DNA of 36,662 nt from Candidatus Krumholzibacteriota bacterium. GTDB taxonomy: Bacteria > Krumholzibacteriota > Krumholzibacteriia > LZORAL124-64-63. Each line of letters starts with the position of its first letter. The first letter of the stretch is position 1. Below the pieces are notes generated by a model that saw nothing but the letters and a program-made list of their open reading frames with translations, was not told the origin of the DNA and ran no database searches. Of the stretch, positions 32,685 to 36,662 are shown in pieces. The stretch spans positions 1 through 36,662 of the forward strand of contig JBDLKA010000026.1 in assembly GCA_039714075.1 (NCBI GenBank). Reading direction: 5' to 3'. The translations under genes and the position numbers were made by a program.

Positions 32685-35453
32685 TCATTTCACGAGGGTC
32701 ATACGCCTATTCTCAGAATACTCACCAGCTTCCAATCGATAGAAAAACACACCTGACGCAACCTGTTTGCCGTCATCGTCACGTCCGCTCCAGACGACCT
32801 CGTGCGGTCCTTCCCCGAGGTCCTCGTCCACTAGGGTCCGCACGAGTCTGCCGCTCACGTCATAGACCGCCAGGCGGGTCCTGCCCGCCGTAGGCAGTTC
32901 GAAGGCGATGGTCGTTCGGGGGTTGAACGGGTTCGGCTTGTTCTGGGCCAGGAACCCGACGGCCGCAGGCGAGTCTTCCGTCACGGGAGTCCCCACCGGT
33001 ACGAAGATGCTGTAGGTCCCACGGCCGTGGGTGCCCACAGCCACGAAGCCGTCGGCGTGGCGCACCGCCACGTCGTCCACCACGACGTTGCCGATGAGGC
33101 CGGGCGCTTCCAGCTGCCAGTAGGTGTTCGCGCCGGCCATGTAAAAGGTGGAGTAAAGGCCCGTGCTGGTGGCCGCGAAGTAGATCTCCTTGCCCTGGAA
33201 GTCCAGGATCGCCACGTCCCGCACCGAGGGACCGTACAGACCGACCAGGTTGCCCTCCTGGCTGGTCCAGGTGGCTCCACCGTCCTCGGTGTAGAAAATG
33301 CTGTCCACGTTGTAGTTGGAAACGGCCAGCATCACCTTCTGGTCGTCCCCGGGATGGACGGAGATCGACGTCACGAAGGCGCCGGAAACGAAATCCGGAC
33401 CCATGTTCAGCGTCTGGGGCGCCGATCCAACGGGGGCCGTGTGGGCCTGATCGAGGCGGAAGACCGATCCCACTGCAGTCCCGAAGTAGAGCACACGGTT
33501 GCCTGTCCGGGACATGCCCAGTGCCGAGATGTTCTCACCACTCGGTTGTGTGGTCACCTGGTCCCAGTTGATCGCCGTCGGAGAGCCGTTGTTGTCGGGA
33601 ATCCCCGTGAAGTCGTTGTTGCGCCACAGACCGCCTCCGGAAGCCTGGTAGACGACATGGTTGTCCACGGGGTCCATGAGGAAAGGATTGATGAACAGGT
33701 AGTCGGTGACCCCTGCGGGATCCAGGCGGGACCAGGCAAACCACTGGCCCGTGGTATTGTCCACCGTCCGGCGGTAGATGCGTCCTTCCTGGTAGGAGTA
33801 CAGATAGTTCCCGCTGGGGCTGTCGGCGTCCACCACGGCGCTGTGGCCGCCGTCTCCACCGACGTGATTGACCCAGTCGGTTTCCCCGTCTTCCCACATG
33901 GTGAACCAGCTGCCGTTGTCCTGGGTACCGCCCACGATCACCTGGTTGCCGGGCAGATCCTCGTCGATGGCGATGCGGTAGAACTGGCTGGTGTCATAGC
34001 CGTTGTTGAGGCTGAGCCATTCCTCCACGGCGGTGGCGCTGTTGATGTTCAGGATCTTGTGCACGCCGCCGTCCGTCGCGGAATAGGCCATGGCGGACGA
34101 CCCCGGCTGGAAGATGAGGTCATGCTGGTCTTCGTGGTGACCGACGGAGATCCGTCCTCCGATCAGGTCCGTGAAGCCGTCGGTGGCGAAACCGTCCAGG
34201 CTGCGCCACAGGAGGCGGCACCCCATGTAGACCACGTCCGGGCTCACGGGATTGACCGCCAGGGACATGTTGTAGTTGCCCTGGGTGTCGGGCACCCAGT
34301 CCACTGCCCCGGACAGGCCGGGCAGAAGCGCGATCTGCGCGGAGCGGTCCTCCCAGGTTCCGGATCCCGGGGGCTCGCTGTGGGTGTACTTGTAGAGGCC
34401 CACGAGGCCGCTGCCGTTTGTATTCTCGACCAGGGCATAGAGGATGTTCTCGTCACTGGGCGCCAGGACCAGCACCACGCGTTCGAACGAGGTCAGGGTC
34501 GGAGGCGTGATGTCGGTCCAGTTGACGCCGTCGGTCGAGCGATAGAACCCCGACTCGTGGCCTCCCGTACTGAGGGACGCATAGACGACGCCTGTGGAGG
34601 TGACCACCAATTCGGTGAACATCGACCAATCGGCCGGGTTTGCTCCGGCGCCCAGGGTCACCGACCAGCTGTTGCCACCGTTGACCGAGCGAAGGATGTA
34701 GCCGAAGATGGCCGCGTAGACCTCGTCCTCGGTCGGATTGCTCGGGTCGACCCGTAGGCGATGGACGTACTGCCAGAAGGAATTGAAGGTCGAGGGCCGC
34801 CCCCCCGCCGTCACGGGCAGCTGGGTCCAGCTCTGGCCCCCGTCGGTCGATTTGAAAACACCGTCACCCCGGTAGGTGGCTGCATAGACACCCGCCGACT
34901 GCCCCCGAAACTCCCCCGTGCCATAGTACCACACGTTCTCGTGCCCGGGACGGGTATCCTGGGCGACGCTGACCACCGAGTGCAGCTGCGTACTGCCCGT
35001 GGTCAGGGTCCATGAGGCGCCGTCGTCGGTCGAGCGCCACATGCCGCCACTGACGCCCCCGGCCAGCAGGGTCTGCCAGGTCGGGTCGCTCACGTCGAAG
35101 GCCAGGGCCCGGGTGCGGCCGCCGATGTTTTTCGGTCCGCGCGGCACCCAGCCGATCATCTTGTCGGCCTTGGCAGGGTCCTCGGACTGGATTCTCTCCT
35201 GTAGCGCGCTACCCCGGCGGCTGGGCAATTGGCTCGCGAACTCCCGTTCCCGCCTGTGGATGTCGGCCGGGATCTGGTCGGTCACCGGGTCGCGCAGCCG
35301 CATGAACTCGAACTCCCAGCGGCGGCCGCGGCCGGTGTCTCCGGAAGCGTCATTTTCCGGCACCTGGGGAGGAGCGCCGCTGTCGCGCAGCAGCGGAACA
35401 AGGATGGCGCAGGCCAGCAGAATCGACATTACGTTCACGATTCGCTTCAACAT
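32685..35453 (-). CDS. Secreted BNR/Asp-box beta-propeller protein (VPS10/GH74-like) with C-terminal FlgD-Ig/T9SS-like domain
   Basis: GPKNIGGRTRA; repeated S/TxDGGxxW boxes; GGTQDNG, GGDGG, GTHGRG; C-terminus QNKPNPFNP...YDVSGRLVRTL...WSGRDDDG..VASGVFFYRL. RBS GGAGG. Confidence 0.82.
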   Translation of the reverse strand: MLKRIVNVMSILLACAILVPLLRDSGAPPQVPENDASGDTGRGRRWEFEFMRLRDPVTDQIPADIHRREREFASQLPSRRGSALQERIQSEDPAKADKMIGWVPRGPKNIGGRTRALAFDVSDPTWQTLLAGGVSGGMWRSTDDGASWTLTTGSTQLHSVVSVAQDTRPGHENVWYYGTGEFRGQSAGVYAATYRGDGVFKSTDGGQSWTQLPVTAGGRPSTFNSFWQYVHRLRVDPSNPTEDEVYAAIFGYILRSVNGGNSWSVTLGAGANPADWSMFTELVVTSTGVVYASLSTGGHESGFYRSTDGVNWTDITPPTLTSFERVVLVLAPSDENILYALVENTNGSGLVGLYKYTHSEPPGSGTWEDRSAQIALLPGLSGAVDWVPDTQGNYNMSLAVNPVSPDVVYMGCRLLWRSLDGFATDGFTDLIGGRISVGHHEDQHDLIFQPGSSAMAYSATDGGVHKILNINSATAVEEWLSLNNGYDTSQFYRIAIDEDLPGNQVIVGGTQDNGSWFTMWEDGETDWVNHVGGDGGHSAVVDADSPSGNYLYSYQEGRIYRRTVDNTTGQWFAWSRLDPAGVTDYLFINPFLMDPVDNHVVYQASGGGLWRNNDFTGIPDNNGSPTAINWDQVTTQPSGENISALGMSRTGNRVLYFGTAVGSVFRLDQAHTAPVGSAPQTLNMGPDFVSGAFVTSISVHPGDDQKVMLAVSNYNVDSIFYTEDGGATWTSQEGNLVGLYGPSVRDVAILDFQGKEIYFAATSTGLYSTFYMAGANTYWQLEAPGLIGNVVVDDVAVRHADGFVAVGTHGRGTYSIFVPVGTPVTEDSPAAVGFLAQNKPNPFNPRTTIAFELPTAGRTRLAVYDVSGRLVRTLVDEDLGEGPHEVVWSGRDDDGKQVASGVFFYRLEAGEYSENRRMTLVK

Positions 35454-35512
35454 GGTTTTCCCTCCACATGGAAACCGCACGGGGCCGACCTACGCGCCCC
35501 GGTTTTCTGCCG

Positions 35513-36328
35513 ATGACTCATTTCAAGAGTACCATACTCTTCGTCTTGCTCTGGAGAATATCTCCCTCCCCACCAACTCGAGGTTCTGCAACGGAACGCC
35601 AAGCGACCACGCCTGCGGCTGTCAGATCGGGCACTTTTGGCCCTCCTCGCCCACCTTCTCCCCGATTGGCGGCAACACCTGTCCATCGTCCAACCGGATA
35701 CCGTCATTCGCTGGCACCGGGCCGGTTGGCAGCCCTACTGGCGATGGAAGAGTAAGCCAGGGCGTTGCAGGCCAAAAGTCCCGCCTGAAGCTCGCACCTT
35801 GATCCGTCAGATGTCTTTGGAAAATCGCTTCTGGGGCGCTCCCCGCATCCACGGTGAGTTGCTGAAGTTGGGATACGACATCTGTGAGTCCACAATCGCC
35901 AAGTACATCCAACCGCCGATTGGACGAGCCTGCAACTGATCCAAGCATTTCCTTTTGATTCATCACTTCGGTATTTTATTCGGGATCGGGATGGAATCTA
36001 TGACCAGCAAGTCGATGATACTTTCGACATGCTCGATATCGATCAGGTCATAATTTCCCGTCGATCGCCGTGGCAAAATGGGTACTGCGAGCGAGTAATC
36101 GAAACGATCAGGCGGGAGTGTCTCGACCATGTGATCGTTCTGAACGAGAAACATCTGCGGCGGGTTTTGAAAGAGTTCCTGGCTTATTACCACGATTCCC
36201 GTACCCATCTTGGGTTGGAGAAGGACACGCCCAGGCCGAGGGCTGTACAGCCTCTGGACGCCGGGCCAGTGATAGGCCAGTCCATCCTCGGTGGACTGCA
36301 TCACCGCTATAATCGCGACGCCGCTTAA
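35513..36328 (+). pseudogene. Degenerate integrase-core (rve; IS481/IS3-like) transposase
   Basis: Fragments in three frames: LALENISL / HQLEVLQR...VQPDTVIRWHR...WGAPRIHGELLKLG / TADW...IRDRDGIY...SPWQNGYCERVIETIRRECLDH...GGLHHRY. At least one frameshift and an internal deletion. Confidence 0.85.
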
Positions 36329-36662
36329 TCGCTGCTAACCGGATCGGACCGGTGATGGTGGATTGGTCCGTCTCGCAGTGGTGTCAGGCAGGAAATCGGT
36401 GGGACCCGGGCCCGTCTCGCTGCCCCAACACATGCAGTTACGCCAGATAATCCCAACCTCCGACTGTCGGCTGAACATTCACGAAGAGTCACTTGCCTCG
36501 GATAGATTAATTTGTAGGGGGGGAGCATAAACACACCGGTGGGCCGGATGGTTTAAATAGGAAGGACAGGGCATTTACTTTTGCTTTTTTTCTCTCTTCA
36601 ATTTTCGTTTTTCCTTGGCAGTATGCTGAGCCGTTTTCTTTGGCTCCTTCTTGCCCTTGTCT

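Noticed and set aside
35963..36304. 113-aa minus-strand ORF
   Set aside because: Antisense shadow of the transposase fragment.

Overview
This is a GC-rich bacterial window. Two secreted proteins ending in FlgD-Ig/T9SS-like C-terminal domains suggest an FCB-group lineage (inference). In order it holds: a membrane metallophosphoesterase whose stop codon is created by a 160-bp MITE; an AT-rich orphan ORF; a 4-gene operon (PLP enzyme, CDP-alcohol phosphotransferase, cytidylyltransferase, LysE exporter) that looks like a head-group biosynthesis pathway; queF, amrS and queG; two POT-like MFS transporters; FabK/NMO-like, STAS, HEAT, HD and YgjP-like genes; a zinc-finger anti-sigma/Ser-Thr kinase/TPR fusion divergent from an ECF sigma factor, followed by an ORF-less structured region; a GT87; a 6-gene respiratory operon (tetraheme cytochrome c, NrfC-like, NrfD-like, reductive-type octaheme HAO-like, hypothetical, PEGA-tetraheme fusion); a lipoprotein GH13; a large BNR-repeat secreted protein; and a decayed integrase-core IS remnant. 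I saw no rRNA, tRNA or CRISPR array. All family calls come from reading motifs by eye, with no database search.
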